This document shows, one piece after another, positions 29,604 to 38,855 of a stretch of DNA of 43,610 nt (positions are counted from its first letter, which is position 1; every line of letters begins with the position of its first letter). The DNA is from an uncultured Planctomycetaceae bacterium (GTDB lineage Bacteria > Planctomycetota > Planctomycetia > Planctomycetales > Planctomycetaceae): the NCBI GenBank assembly GCA_963976765.1, contig CAXBME010000044.1, positions 1 to 43,610 of the forward strand, in the 5' to 3' direction. The notes beneath the pieces are model-generated. The model saw only the letters and a program-made list of their open reading frames with translations, had not been told where the DNA came from and did not search any database. Both the position numbers and the translations under genes were made by a program.

Positions 29604-29993
29604 CAAAGGTGTTGATAGTCAGTCGACGATCTCGATTGTTTGAAACTTACACTTTCTCAAACCCGGACTACTGACTGACAATCATGGCGGAGCCGTTGTC
29701 CGGAGTGTGAGCGGTAAACACCAGGGAGACACTGACTCAGAATGTGCGCGTGGAACTGCTCGATATTCAGGCTCGTGTTAAGACACTCATGGATACGTTC
29801 GATGTAGAAGCTGAATCGAACGATGCAACACCTGAATCCAGTTACACGACTGAGTCAGGCAAAGACACGAACGGCGACAGCGACTCTGAAATTTCACACG
29901 ATGAGCTTTGCTGCTGTTGAATCTTGCTGTCGTTGACCAATCTCGTGTCTTATGCGACCAGTTTACAGGCGATCTCAAGGGGGAAGTTGAGTC

Positions 29994-30458
29994 ATGACAG
30001 TTTTTCAAAAAATTCCCGCACCGACCGATTTCTCAGGTCGATCGCGTCGAGCAATCGCGTTTGCTGCAGAGCAGGCACGTCTCAACAATGCCGAGTTGCA
30101 TTTGTTTCATTCGGTGACGTCCGACATCGTCGGCCATCCAATGGATGCTGCTGTTGCAATTCCGGTCTCTGACGAAATGATGAACGAAGCCAGGAAAAGC
30201 CTGCTAAGATTTCCAGAGACTGGCGCGGAAGTGAACCAATCAAAGTGCTCAGGTTTAGAAATCGTACGGATGGTTCAGCAGGAAAGCCCCGAAATTCAAA
30301 TTGTTGACTATGCAAGGAAGCATCAGATCGACCTGATCGTTCTGGCGACGCACGCTCGCAGTGGCGTCGAGCGACTTTTAATGGGAAGTACAGCGGAAGC
30401 TATTCTACGACACTCGCCATGTCCGTTGTTGATTGTGCCGCCGCCGGGTAACGAGTGA
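29994..30458 (+). CDS. Universal stress protein
   Basis: PTDFS, IVDYA...IDLIVLATHARSG..RLLMGSTAEAILRHSPCPLL. Confidence 0.9.
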   Translation: MTVFQKIPAPTDFSGRSRRAIAFAAEQARLNNAELHLFHSVTSDIVGHPMDAAVAIPVSDEMMNEARKSLLRFPETGAEVNQSKCSGLEIVRMVQQESPEIQIVDYARKHQIDLIVLATHARSGVERLLMGSTAEAILRHSPCPLLIVPPPGNE

Positions 30459-30756
30459 ACGGTCGCGGTGCCTCGGAGCGTACTTGATTACCGCTAAAAC
30501 AGCGTTTCGCATCTTGCGGTAACCGATCAGCTTCCGGGGATCATAGATGGAGACGACGAACAACAGTCTCGACGTGCTCGCTGCGGATAGTTGGCGGCGA
30601 AGCTGAAAGAGCTTCGACCACCGGTTGAGTTGCTGCAGAAAGCCATGGATGAAACAGGGCTGGGGGGAAACGACAGCCATGCAGCGACTCGTCGCGCCGA
30701 TCAAGTCACGCGCCGCCTCAATTTCGCAGATCACCCAGCTCTTCAATCCACGAAAA

Positions 30757-31152
30757 TCATACAATTGTTAGATAGCACAACAGTATTACCTGACAAATGG
30801 CGACTCCAGTTGCGACAACCACACCAAGAGTTCGTTGGTGAGCGTACAGGAGTGGCAAAGCCCCCAATACAAGTATTGTCCCGATGAATTTCGCTCCGAC
30901 AAACAGGGCTACTGACCCACCATCGGCCTTAATCAGCCAGCGTCCGACAGGGTTTTCTTCCAGTTGATTAATGGTTTCCTGAAAATGCACCGTCAGATAG
31001 GTGTCGTAAGCGGCAACCACTCCTGTCACCAGCCATGTCATGGCGAGACAGTGCAACTGATGGGTTCTGCACCAGTGCTGCACACTTGTGGGCAACGTTA
31101 ATCCATTGAACGAACACCGTTTCGTACACACATTCTGCATGGCTTGAATCAT
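30757..31152 (-). CDS. Membrane protein, DUF5658-like
   Basis: AYDTYLT....EENPVGRWL...AK pattern with TM helices. Start uncertain. Confidence 0.55.
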   Translation of the reverse strand: MIQAMQNVCTKRCSFNGLTLPTSVQHWCRTHQLHCLAMTWLVTGVVAAYDTYLTVHFQETINQLEENPVGRWLIKADGGSVALFVGAKFIGTILVLGALPLLYAHQRTLGVVVATGVAICQVILLCYLTIV

Positions 31153-31202
31153 GATCTTTTCTCGCACTTTGATCGACCAGTTTGCCAATCTGACAGTCAC
31201 CT

Positions 31203-31826
31203 ACAATCAGGACCACCGGCAGAGCCGGGGGTATGAGGAAGGCCCCTAAAAGGGGCCGTGGGTTAAAGGTTAATCAACGTCGTCGAACAATCCACGCTCC
31301 TGCTCACGCTCGTGTTTATCCTGTTCCGCGATGTAACGACGAATCATCGCTTCATCCAATCCCACAGTGTTCACACAATAGCCGCGTGACCAGAAGCTTC
31401 GTCCAAATAATGTGCCACGCGTTCGGATCAGTTCCCGGTGAATCCGCACAGCACTCTTGCCTTTCAAATACCCAACCGTCATCGCAACAGAATACTTTGG
31501 AGGAATACTCAAAAGCAGATGGATGTGGTCCGGTTGGGCATTCCCCTTCACCAGCTCGACGTCCTTCTGCCGGCAGAGGTCTCGCAGAATCGATCCGATC
31601 TGTGACCGCTGCTTGCCGAAAAACACTCGCTGGCGATACTTTGGTACAATCACAATGTGATACTTGCAGTCCCACTTCACGTGAGTCTGACTTTGCCAGT
31701 CCTTCATGGCGATCCTCCTTTGGCCTTGCGGGGCCTTCCTCAAGGAGGATCGTCTCTTTTCTCGCTCGAAATGGCAGAGCCTTGTCAATTCTCACCGGCA
31801 CAGCCGGTGGCTTAACGATGAGTTAG
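31203..31826 (-). mobile_element. IS200/IS605-family element (tnpA only)
   Basis: Y1 transposase flanked by matching subterminal hairpins CACCGGCACAGCCGGTG (31793-31809) and CCACCGGCAGAGCCGGGGG (31213-31231). Ends approximate. Confidence 0.85.
31270..31707 (-). CDS. tnpA: IS200/IS605 family Y1 transposase
   Basis: WDCKYHIV..PKYR, HUH motif DHIH, GYLKGKS, FWSRGY and catalytic RRYI..Q. AGGAGG RBS. Confidence 0.95.
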   Translation of the reverse strand: MKDWQSQTHVKWDCKYHIVIVPKYRQRVFFGKQRSQIGSILRDLCRQKDVELVKGNAQPDHIHLLLSIPPKYSVAMTVGYLKGKSAVRIHRELIRTRGTLFGRSFWSRGYCVNTVGLDEAMIRRYIAEQDKHEREQERGLFDDVD

Positions 31827-31828
31827 AC

Positions 31829-32635
31829 CTATGCGCTTGCCGCCACAGTTTCCAGTAACCCGGAGTACGTACCGACATCTGCGATCGAATCTACGACCTC
31901 ATCTGGTTGGTAGGCATACCGATTAAGATCCGATCGACTCGTTCCGCCTGACAGTACCAAAATCGTTCGGTACCCCATCTGAACACCACCAAGAATGTCA
32001 GTTTCCATGGTGTCGCCAATCACTGTTGTCTCGGCTGTTGACAGACCAAGTTCTTCTCTTGCCGCCCGCATCATCAGCGGACTCGGTTTACCTACGCTGA
32101 ATGCTTTTTGCCCTGTAGCGACTTCCAGCATCGCTGCAATGGCCCCGCAACCAGGACGGAGTCCAGTCTGAGTTGGGCAGTTGGGATCCAGGTTTGTGGC
32201 GATCAGCCTGGCACCATTCAGAATCATACGAACAGCCGTCTCGATCATTTCGAAATTCACGGAGCGACCTTCTCCAACCACCACAAAATCCGGATCGTGA
32301 TCAACGATAGAGAAGCCATTCTGGTGAAGTGCCTGCAGCAACCCACCTTCCCCAATCACAAAAGCTGTCCCGTTCTGCTTCTGCGTGGACAAAAATCTGG
32401 CTGTCGCCATGGCACACGTGAAAATGTGACGTTCCTCAACACCAATCCCCAAACGAACCAGTTTCGTCACAACATCTCGACGCGTACGCTGACTGTTATT
32501 CGTAAGAAACAGAAAAGGTGCATCCGTATCCAGGAGATGCTGGACAAACTTGTCAGCCCCAGGAATCAGGTGGTTCCCTTTGTAGATGACGCCGTCCATA
32601 TCGAGGAGATATCCGCTTTGCTTTACCACATTCAT
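31829..32635 (-). CDS. HAD-IIA hydrolase, NagD family
   Basis: LDMDGVIY, LTNNS, ATNLD, GKPSP and IGDTMETDI motifs. Confidence 0.9.
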   Translation of the reverse strand: MNVVKQSGYLLDMDGVIYKGNHLIPGADKFVQHLLDTDAPFLFLTNNSQRTRRDVVTKLVRLGIGVEERHIFTCAMATARFLSTQKQNGTAFVIGEGGLLQALHQNGFSIVDHDPDFVVVGEGRSVNFEMIETAVRMILNGARLIATNLDPNCPTQTGLRPGCGAIAAMLEVATGQKAFSVGKPSPLMMRAAREELGLSTAETTVIGDTMETDILGGVQMGYRTILVLSGGTSRSDLNRYAYQPDEVVDSIADVGTYSGLLETVAASA

Positions 32636-32774
32636 AAAATACAATCCATTGGTAGAACGTTCGATGACTAAGCTGTTGAGTGTTGTTCAACCATGGCGAT
32701 GGGTTACCATAGTCACTTGGCCCAGTGCGGTGAACATATCCTGCATGCGTGACTCCCAACAGTGCCGTTTGTGC

Positions 32775-32815
32775 AGGGATATCAGCTTGAGCCGCATGCG
32801 CCGACTGATATCCCT
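32775..32815 (-). terminator. Stem-loop after the lipoprotein gene
   Basis: AGGGATATCAG...CTGATATCCCT 11-bp inverted repeat immediately after the stop codon. No strong T-run. Confidence 0.45.
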
Positions 32816-32965
32816 TTATGGTTGAATTTCTTTCAACGCCTGCAGTTGATCCTGTAATTCTTCAGATTCAACAGTCGCACGAATATTCGCGTCGTCATTA
32901 CGGGCGCTTCCACAACCCGTCGCCGACAGAACGAGAAGAACGAGTATTGAGTATAGACGTCTCAT
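32816..32965 (-). CDS. 49-aa lipoprotein (not in ORF track)
   Basis: MRRLYSILVLLVLSATGC lipobox and AAGGAG RBS. Typical position behind a DUF1559 gene. Confidence 0.75.
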   Translation of the reverse strand: MRRLYSILVLLVLSATGCGSARNDDANIRATVESEELQDQLQALKEIQP

Positions 32966-33028
32966 GTGTTTCTCCTTAATTGCTTACCCTAAACAATGAA
33001 CTAACGGACTCGTCATGTAATTCCGCTG

Positions 33029-34033
33029 TCAAAAATCGCCAATGACCTGGTCGTCGTTTTTTGCAGACAACTGCAACAGAGTGTCGAAGTAGATAGTTTC
33101 CGATAGAAAACGGACTGAACCATCCACGAGCAATACGTTGGTTCCGCCGGTGTGCATCGAATTCAGGACAGTGTTCGCGTCGTAGACAGTGTTGCAACCG
33201 GATGTCGTCGTACAGACGTCGGTTGAAGAATTGATCGGGTAACGGACGGTGGTAATGCCTGCCCCGTAGGGTGACCCGGTCATTGATGCAGGTTTACCTG
33301 CGGTTGTGATGCCAGCCCATCCGCCGTGATAGTTGGCCCGGATATCAAGCGTCCCCACAAGCCCGGATTGCTCGCCCACGATGATCGTGTTTGACGTACC
33401 GTCGGAGACACTGTGTATCTGCGTCGATCCGTTGGCGTAGAGCATTCCGTTTTCGGCGAAAATTCCACCATAGCCTGTCACGATTGAATTCGTACCAGGT
33501 TTGCCTCCAGGGTCTGGAGCGGCTCCCGATATCCCAACATAATCGTGCGTCTGCCCCGCTTCCGCATTGTTGTACGTTGGTGACTGAGCGATCGCGTTTG
33601 CCGAGGCCGAGTTCGAAGGACAATTCCAACCTGGGAGTAGCAGGCCAGCCAAGGCGGCGTTCCGACCGGTTCCATATCCATACGAACCATTGTCTTCACG
33701 TTTGCTGGAGAAGCCACCGACGATGCTACTGGAGTCGATGTCAAGTTCCGAATAGAGATTTGCACTGTCGAGGAACGGCAGTACGCCAACACGCCAATTG
33801 GGTGCGCTGATGGGACTCCTTGCTCCAATTGGGAACGCTCGATGAACATCATGGTAGTTTTGCAAAGCGAGCCCGAGCTGTTTCAGTTGATTCTTGCATT
33901 GACTGCGGCGAGCAGCTTCTCGTGCCTGCTGCACGGCTGGCAGCAATAGTGCGATCAGAATCGCAATGATTGCGATAACAACCAGCAGTTCGATTAGTGT
34001 AAAACCTCTTCTGTGTCTTCTGAGCAGTTTCAC
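33029..34033 (-). CDS. DUF1559 prepilin-type N-terminal cleavage/methylation protein
   Basis: [46 protein letters not shown] and H-x9-DG motifs. Confidence 0.95.
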   Translation of the reverse strand: MKLLRRHRRGFTLIELLVVIAIIAILIALLLPAVQQAREAARRSQCKNQLKQLGLALQNYHDVHRAFPIGARSPISAPNWRVGVLPFLDSANLYSELDIDSSSIVGGFSSKREDNGSYGYGTGRNAALAGLLLPGWNCPSNSASANAIAQSPTYNNAEAGQTHDYVGISGAAPDPGGKPGTNSIVTGYGGIFAENGMLYANGSTQIHSVSDGTSNTIIVGEQSGLVGTLDIRANYHGGWAGITTAGKPASMTGSPYGAGITTVRYPINSSTDVCTTTSGCNTVYDANTVLNSMHTGGTNVLLVDGSVRFLSETIYFDTLLQLSAKNDDQVIGDF

Positions 34034-34199
34034 TGTACGTACCTTTCAAGCAGCGATTTAGGGTGGCACGCGCACAACAACAGGCGCGTTCGTCGTTTCC
34101 AGGGAGATGACGATTGTTGAACGTCGCGGGACGAACCAGTAGGTCTGTTATCTTGGAATTCCGAACGTAAGACCGTTGACGAACTGGGGACTTTGCTAT

Positions 34200-34215
34200 T
34201 GCAAAAGCTAGACCA
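34200..34215 (-). promoter_or_regulatory. Putative sigma54 promoter TGGTCT-AGCTT-TTGCA
   Basis: GG-N10-GC, about 170 nt upstream of the DUF1559 gene. Confidence 0.5.
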
Positions 34216-34743
34216 GGGTGATCAGGAAATGGAAAACAAGATAGAAATGTGGTTGGCTACGTACTGTGTCGGTGGCTGTTCGTGGGAAGTTCACCATTCA
34301 GGGCTTTGAGCAATGCGTGAGAACCAAGCAGGAATGAACGGCACTCGCGCATCAGGATTCCTGGTGTTCATTTCCATCTGAACTGCAACGGGGCTGAATC
34401 CGGCTCAGGCTCGGCCCAAAGGATGTTCGCTCCTGCGGCCCTTTGCCGTCGCCGCGTTTGTACTTCACGCGATGGCAAACAAAGGTCGCAGGGCTTCGGG
34501 GTGCTGGATGTCCCGAGGCGGATCGCCAACCACATGAAACGTGATCACCGCCAAAAACCATCGCGGTGCGTATCGCAGCAAACAATCTGCCGCTGGCTGG
34601 AAGGTTGCGAAAACCGCTTTCATTTCTACGTCACGGCTGATATCTCAAGTGCCGGAACACCGACGATCGAGGGCCGATGATACACCGCGACTTCACCAAT
34701 CTGGTCAACGAACGGCTACGCCTGATGGAAGCCGAAGAACTGT

Positions 34744-35082
34744 TTATTCTCGTGACTCATCCCGCAGTGCCTGAGCCAGCAACAGGCAACCGAGTCCAGA
34801 ACTCTGATGTTCCAGACCGACTCCCAGCCACGCCAGAAACGCCACAGACAACACTCGCTGAGGCAGCCGCTTTGTTTCTTCCGGCGGCAGGCCGCCAAAA
34901 TCCACCTGTCCCGTCGCCAGCGTACAAAACCCGGCAATCAAACCAGCGTCGCTCAGCAGAATCCTGGGCACGCTTAATCGTTTGTCCTGATGCTGAAGCG
35001 CTTTCGAATCGGAAGTCAGTCGGAAAGCGAATCGGAGACAATTCGGGGCCAGTCGTTGGAAACCACCACGGGGCCGTCCCAC
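34744..35082 (-). pseudogene. Truncated GNAT acetyltransferase (TA-toxin type) relic
   Basis: ALQHQDKRLS...IAGFCTLA......LP....KRLP...LAWLGV..HQSSGLG..LL..AL. C-terminus missing, N-terminus scrambled. Confidence 0.6.
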
Positions 35083-35373
35083 GCGAGTCCCTCACAGCCC
35101 CCAGAATGGAACAGCCAGTCGCCTGGACATACTTTTTTTCGTTCGCGTTCTCGCACAAAGGAGGTACGCAAAGCGATCGCGAGTGGCGAAATCAGACAGA
35201 CTGCACAGCCGTCCCGAATGTGACCTCGTACGCAGTCGCTGGTTCAGTATTGGAATCAGAATATCTATACTTGAAATGTCAGTCGTTCGCTCTGGCGGAA
35301 ACTCTTTCGACTGTTTCGTCAAAGCTATTCGGCCCGTTTTTCAGGATTACTCGCTTTCGGAGACACCCACACG

Positions 35374-36219
35374 ATGTGCGACCAGGATCATTTTGAAGAC
35401 GATGTTAAGAAGTATTCTCGTCGAGACTTTGGCACGTTGGCGGCCGCAGGCGTCGGTGCAATCATGTTACCGCGTGCGGCAAATGCTACGGATGTGAGCG
35501 AAAGAGACGTGAGTATTGAAACTCCAGACGGACACTGTGATGCGTATTTCGTAGCTCCCAAGTCTGGAACGCATGCCGCCGTGCTTGTGTGGCCGGATAT
35601 TTTTGGACTGCGTCCCGCGTTTCGCCAGATGGGCAAACGCCTGGCTGAATCCGGATACAGTGTGCTGGTCGTCAACCCGTTCTATCGAACAAAGAAAGCG
35701 CCGACGGCTCCCAATGGAGCCAACACACCGATTCCAGATGTCATCCCACTGGCACGAACGCTGGACGCCACAAAAAATACGACTGACGCAAAGGCGTTCA
35801 TTGCGTGGCTCGATTCGCAACCGCAGGTCGACACAAACAGGAAGGTCGGAACAACCGGGTACTGCATGGGTGGCCCCATCGTCATGCGAACCGCCGCAGC
35901 GGTGGCAAGTCGAGTCGGGGCAGGTGCCACGTTTCATGGCGGTGGATTGGCCACGGATAAGCCGGACAGCCCCCATCTCCTCATTCCTAAGATGAAGGCG
36001 CAGTTCCTGATCGCAATCGCTGAAAACGACGACAATCGCGACCCGGATGGGAAAACCACACTCGCGAAAGCATTCGCGGACGCCGACTTGACCGCTGAAA
36101 TTGAGGTGTATCCTGCCGGACACGGCTGGTGTCCGCCTGACACAAAGGTGCATAACCGAGACCAGGCAGAGAAAGCCTGGTCCCGAATGCTCGCACTTTT
36201 CGAGAAGTCGCTGGCGTAG
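35374..36219 (+). CDS. Dienelactone hydrolase family protein (Tat signal)
   Basis: SRRDFG, PDIFGLRP, GYCMGG nucleophile elbow and YPAGHGW. Confidence 0.92.
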   Translation: MCDQDHFEDDVKKYSRRDFGTLAAAGVGAIMLPRAANATDVSERDVSIETPDGHCDAYFVAPKSGTHAAVLVWPDIFGLRPAFRQMGKRLAESGYSVLVVNPFYRTKKAPTAPNGANTPIPDVIPLARTLDATKNTTDAKAFIAWLDSQPQVDTNRKVGTTGYCMGGPIVMRTAAAVASRVGAGATFHGGGLATDKPDSPHLLIPKMKAQFLIAIAENDDNRDPDGKTTLAKAFADADLTAEIEVYPAGHGWCPPDTKVHNRDQAEKAWSRMLALFEKSLA

Positions 36220-36246
36220 TAATTCGAAATCCTGCGCCGCGTCGTC

Positions 36247-36328
36247 GTCGTCAGAGTGAAGTCGTCAGAGTGAAGTCGTCAGAGTGAAGTCGTCAGAGTG
36301 AAGTCGTCAGAGTGAAGTCGTCAGAGTG
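36247..36328. repeat. 14-bp tandem repeat GTCGTCAGAGTGAA x5 plus a 12-bp partial
   Basis: Perfect head-to-tail copies with no spacers. Confidence 0.95.
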
Positions 36329-36532
36329 TCGACATCAGAGCAAGCGGCGCGGATAGGTTCCGGCAACTCCTGGCAGTCCTGAACCGTTCGTCGAACTTCA
36401 TCGAGTGTCGGCGGTGACAAGGCCAATTCTGTTGGCTCGTTCTTGTCACACTTTCTGCCCCGGACGGCTGATTCCGGCTGAGAGTAGTTGAACCCCGGTA
36501 CGTATTGTCCGCCTTCCGGCTCACCAGAAACA

Positions 36533-36574
36533 ACAAGACGCAATCCGTTGCCAGAGCGACGGGTTGCGTCTTGT
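36533..36574 (-). terminator. Long hairpin downstream of the tRNA-Ser 3' end
   Basis: ACAAGACGCAATCCGTTGC-CAGA-GCGACGGGTTGCGTCTTGT, a 19-bp imperfect stem. Confidence 0.6.
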
Positions 36575-36604
36575 CCAGACTCACGGAGAGCCTTTGATAC
36601 AAAG

Positions 36605-36663
36605 CGGAGAGGGAGGGATTTGAACCCTCGGTGCATTGCTGCACGCCGGTTTTCAAGACCGGT
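36605..36663 (-). tRNA. 3' half of tRNA-Ser(TGA): attachment-site remnant, not an intact tRNA
   Basis: Minus strand shows the CCGGT-CTTGAAA-ACCGG anticodon arm, a long variable arm, the GAGGG-TTCAAAT-CCCTC T-arm and CCTCTCC-G. No D-arm or 5' acceptor strand (GGAGAGG) upstream. Confidence 0.85.
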
Positions 36664-36683
36664 TCCAGAATGCCGCAACCAGA

Positions 36684-36865
36684 TGTGCGACAACGACTTA
36701 CAAGACACCTCGCCGGGTCGTTGCACAGAATGTTGCACACTCAGTTCTGATGGCAAAATCTCGCCGGACTTAAAGGCTCTCATCGAAGTCTGGCCGAAGC
36801 TACCGGTCCACATCCAGAAGGCCATTCTCGCGTTAGGACACTTGCCTTCGGAGGGAGGTGGGTAA
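36684..36865 (+). CDS. Small 'DL..LIEVWPKLP.HI..AILAL' peptide; possibly the C-terminal piece of a gene split at att
   Basis: The frame is open from 36488 through the antisense tRNA half into an amphipathic C-terminus. Start coordinate approximate. Confidence 0.5.
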
Positions 36866-36993
36866 TGTCCGACGAAATGCTCAAAGCGACGGATGAACAG
36901 ACGACAGAGGGCTCACGTCATCTCGGCATCAGCCGTGCCCGCGTGACACAGGTTCTGAAGCGTCTCGATGAAGCTCCCGACGATCAGTCTTGA
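36865..36993 (+). CDS. 42-aa HTH fragment (RHLGISRARVTQVL)
   Basis: GGAGG RBS, overlaps the upstream stop, HTH recognition-helix pattern. May be a remnant. Confidence 0.45.
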   Translation: MSDEMLKATDEQTTEGSRHLGISRARVTQVLKRLDEAPDDQS

Positions 36994-37105
36994 TTGCTCA
37001 ACAACATTCACAAGATGGGAACAAGTCGTAGGCAGACTTCTCTGAGCTACTTGGGACAATGCATCGCTTCCTATCAGACAAATTGCAAAGTGAGACACCT
37101 GAATC

Positions 37106-37948
37106 ATGGTGATAATCTTCAAGCCAACTCGTGCAGCAAGTGACATACCTGCTGGTAAGAACGAACCTGACGACGCTAAGTCTGCTGGACAAAACCAACG
37201 GAATGACAGCGTTGGCCTCCAGGTTGTTCTTGATCTGTCTCCTCAACTACGAATCAATCCGGTCAGCATCCCAGAGATAAAGCTGCCATTGGAAAGGACA
37301 GACAACACACCAGATTTAGAGGCTTCAACGACAACCTACTGGCCTATCAAGTGCGAGCGTGTTCACGATGAAATCGCCGAACTCGTCAATGCACAAAGGG
37401 GGATTGTCCTTCAGACTCGGGAGATCAAGCGGATACAGAACATCCTCTCGGGTCGAGCGTGGAAGGAATTCGGGGAGCCTGCTGAGAGCGAAGCAATTCT
37501 GGACGTCAACCCTCTCGTCGAAGGTATCTACATCCTAGTTCATCAGAGAACTCAGCAAGGACGGTTCGAATTATCGTGCACAAAGCTGCTGACCGAACTC
37601 AGGAAGCTTGGACGTACAAAGGGTGTCGACATCCAATCTGAACAGTGGCCACGGGGGGCTGCCCAGCTTAGCAGGAAGCTTGTGGAGCAAAGACAGAATC
37701 TGGAAGCCGTCGGGATTCACTGCGAGCGAGGAAGGCGATCGGGCGGAGAACGCTACGTCGCATTTCGCACGTTCAAGAAGTCACTACCTGAAAGCGAGTC
37801 TGTCGACGACGTTGATGATCCACCGTCACAAGCACCGTCGAACGACAATCCCAAGAATTCAGTGGCCGATTTACCCTTCGACGCTGGTGACAGTGTTCTC
37901 ACTGAAGAACTCGCCAGCATCAACACATCCTCAAAAGGAGAGAAATGA
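37106..37948 (+). CDS. Hypothetical protein resembling mobile-element primase/helicase with the ATPase core missing
   Basis: C-terminal WPRGAAQLSRKL....NLEAVGI...GRR winged-helix-like segment. No Walker A motif. Confidence 0.5.
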   Translation: MVIIFKPTRAASDIPAGKNEPDDAKSAGQNQRNDSVGLQVVLDLSPQLRINPVSIPEIKLPLERTDNTPDLEASTTTYWPIKCERVHDEIAELVNAQRGIVLQTREIKRIQNILSGRAWKEFGEPAESEAILDVNPLVEGIYILVHQRTQQGRFELSCTKLLTELRKLGRTKGVDIQSEQWPRGAAQLSRKLVEQRQNLEAVGIHCERGRRSGGERYVAFRTFKKSLPESESVDDVDDPPSQAPSNDNPKNSVADLPFDAGDSVLTEELASINTSSKGEK

Positions 37949-38817
37949 TGACCGTGAAAACCAAACTCCCTGAGACACCTGATGATCTGGAGAGGTACCA
38001 GCCAAACTCGTTCGACGAAATCGTCGGCAACCATGAACTCAAAGAGTTCCTGCAAGACATGATCTATGGTGTCCGCGTGAAGGGACACAAGAGCGGGTTC
38101 AACATGCTCACGACTGGCCCCTCCCGAGACGGCAAAACAGCAGCCATCACTTTAGCGGTAAAGGCACTTCTATGTTGCAACCTCGACCTTGAGTCCATGA
38201 AGCCATGTGGCGTCTGCGAAAACTGTAAGTCACGACACCACATGAACGGGACTGGGGAATGGAACAGCATCGTCGATTTCTCGGACACTCCGGAACTCAA
38301 TCCGATGCCTGTTCGGTTCCACTACTATCCGATCGACTGTACCTGGGTAAACAGCGAGCGGATCGAAGAACTGATTACCAAACTCCGTATCGACGATGGC
38401 AACCTGAAAATCGTTTACCTGGATGAGGTTCATAGGCTGTCTCGACGCTGGATGGACGAAAGGCTACTCAAACCAATCGAAATGTATCCCGCGATCTGGA
38501 TGGCCTCCTCTGCCATTGTGGAAAAGGAAGGTGAGGACGATGACCAGAAGATCGACAAGATGTTCCAGAATCGGTTCAGCTACCGTATCAAGACCCAGCG
38601 GCCCAATACAAAGGAGATGCTTGGCTGGCTCGTAGCTCGCTGTAAGCAGTTCGGAATCACGACGGAGGACAACGGTGAAACCCTCATGCGGCTGGTCGAG
38701 CGATCAAATCACTCTCCCGGCATGGCCCTGCAAGTCCTGAACAAGGCTCACAAGAAGCGAAAGCCAATACTCACAATGACGATGGTTGAGGACCATATCT
38801 TCGACTTCGATGAGTGA
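37945..38817 (+). CDS. Stand-alone DnaX (Pol III gamma/tau)-like clamp-loader-clade AAA+ ATPase
   Basis: RYQPNSFDEIVGN, Walker A GPSRDGKT, KALLC...PCGVCENC Zn module, KIVYLDEVHRLS and LLKPIE. AAGGAG RBS. Confidence 0.8.
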   Translation: MMTVKTKLPETPDDLERYQPNSFDEIVGNHELKEFLQDMIYGVRVKGHKSGFNMLTTGPSRDGKTAAITLAVKALLCCNLDLESMKPCGVCENCKSRHHMNGTGEWNSIVDFSDTPELNPMPVRFHYYPIDCTWVNSERIEELITKLRIDDGNLKIVYLDEVHRLSRRWMDERLLKPIEMYPAIWMASSAIVEKEGEDDDQKIDKMFQNRFSYRIKTQRPNTKEMLGWLVARCKQFGITTEDNGETLMRLVERSNHSPGMALQVLNKAHKKRKPILTMTMVEDHIFDFDE

Positions 38818-38855
38818 GCGAACCCAGAAACCCCGATGAAAGGGAGGAACACAAG

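Noticed and set aside
31203..31826. TnpB/IscB RNA-guided nuclease element
   Set aside because: There is no room or ORF for tnpB between the end hairpins.
34677..35396. 239-aa + strand ORF
   Set aside because: Overlaps the GNAT relic on the opposite strand and has no recognisable features.
36247..36328. CRISPR array
   Set aside because: The repeats are contiguous 14-mers with no unique spacers, and there are no cas genes.
36605..36700. Intact tRNA-Ser gene
   Set aside because: The D-arm and 5' acceptor strand are absent; only the 3' half is present.
37945..38817. Housekeeping dnaX
   Set aside because: Too short, lacks the collar and C-terminal domains, has altered SRC and sensor-2 motifs, and lies in island context.
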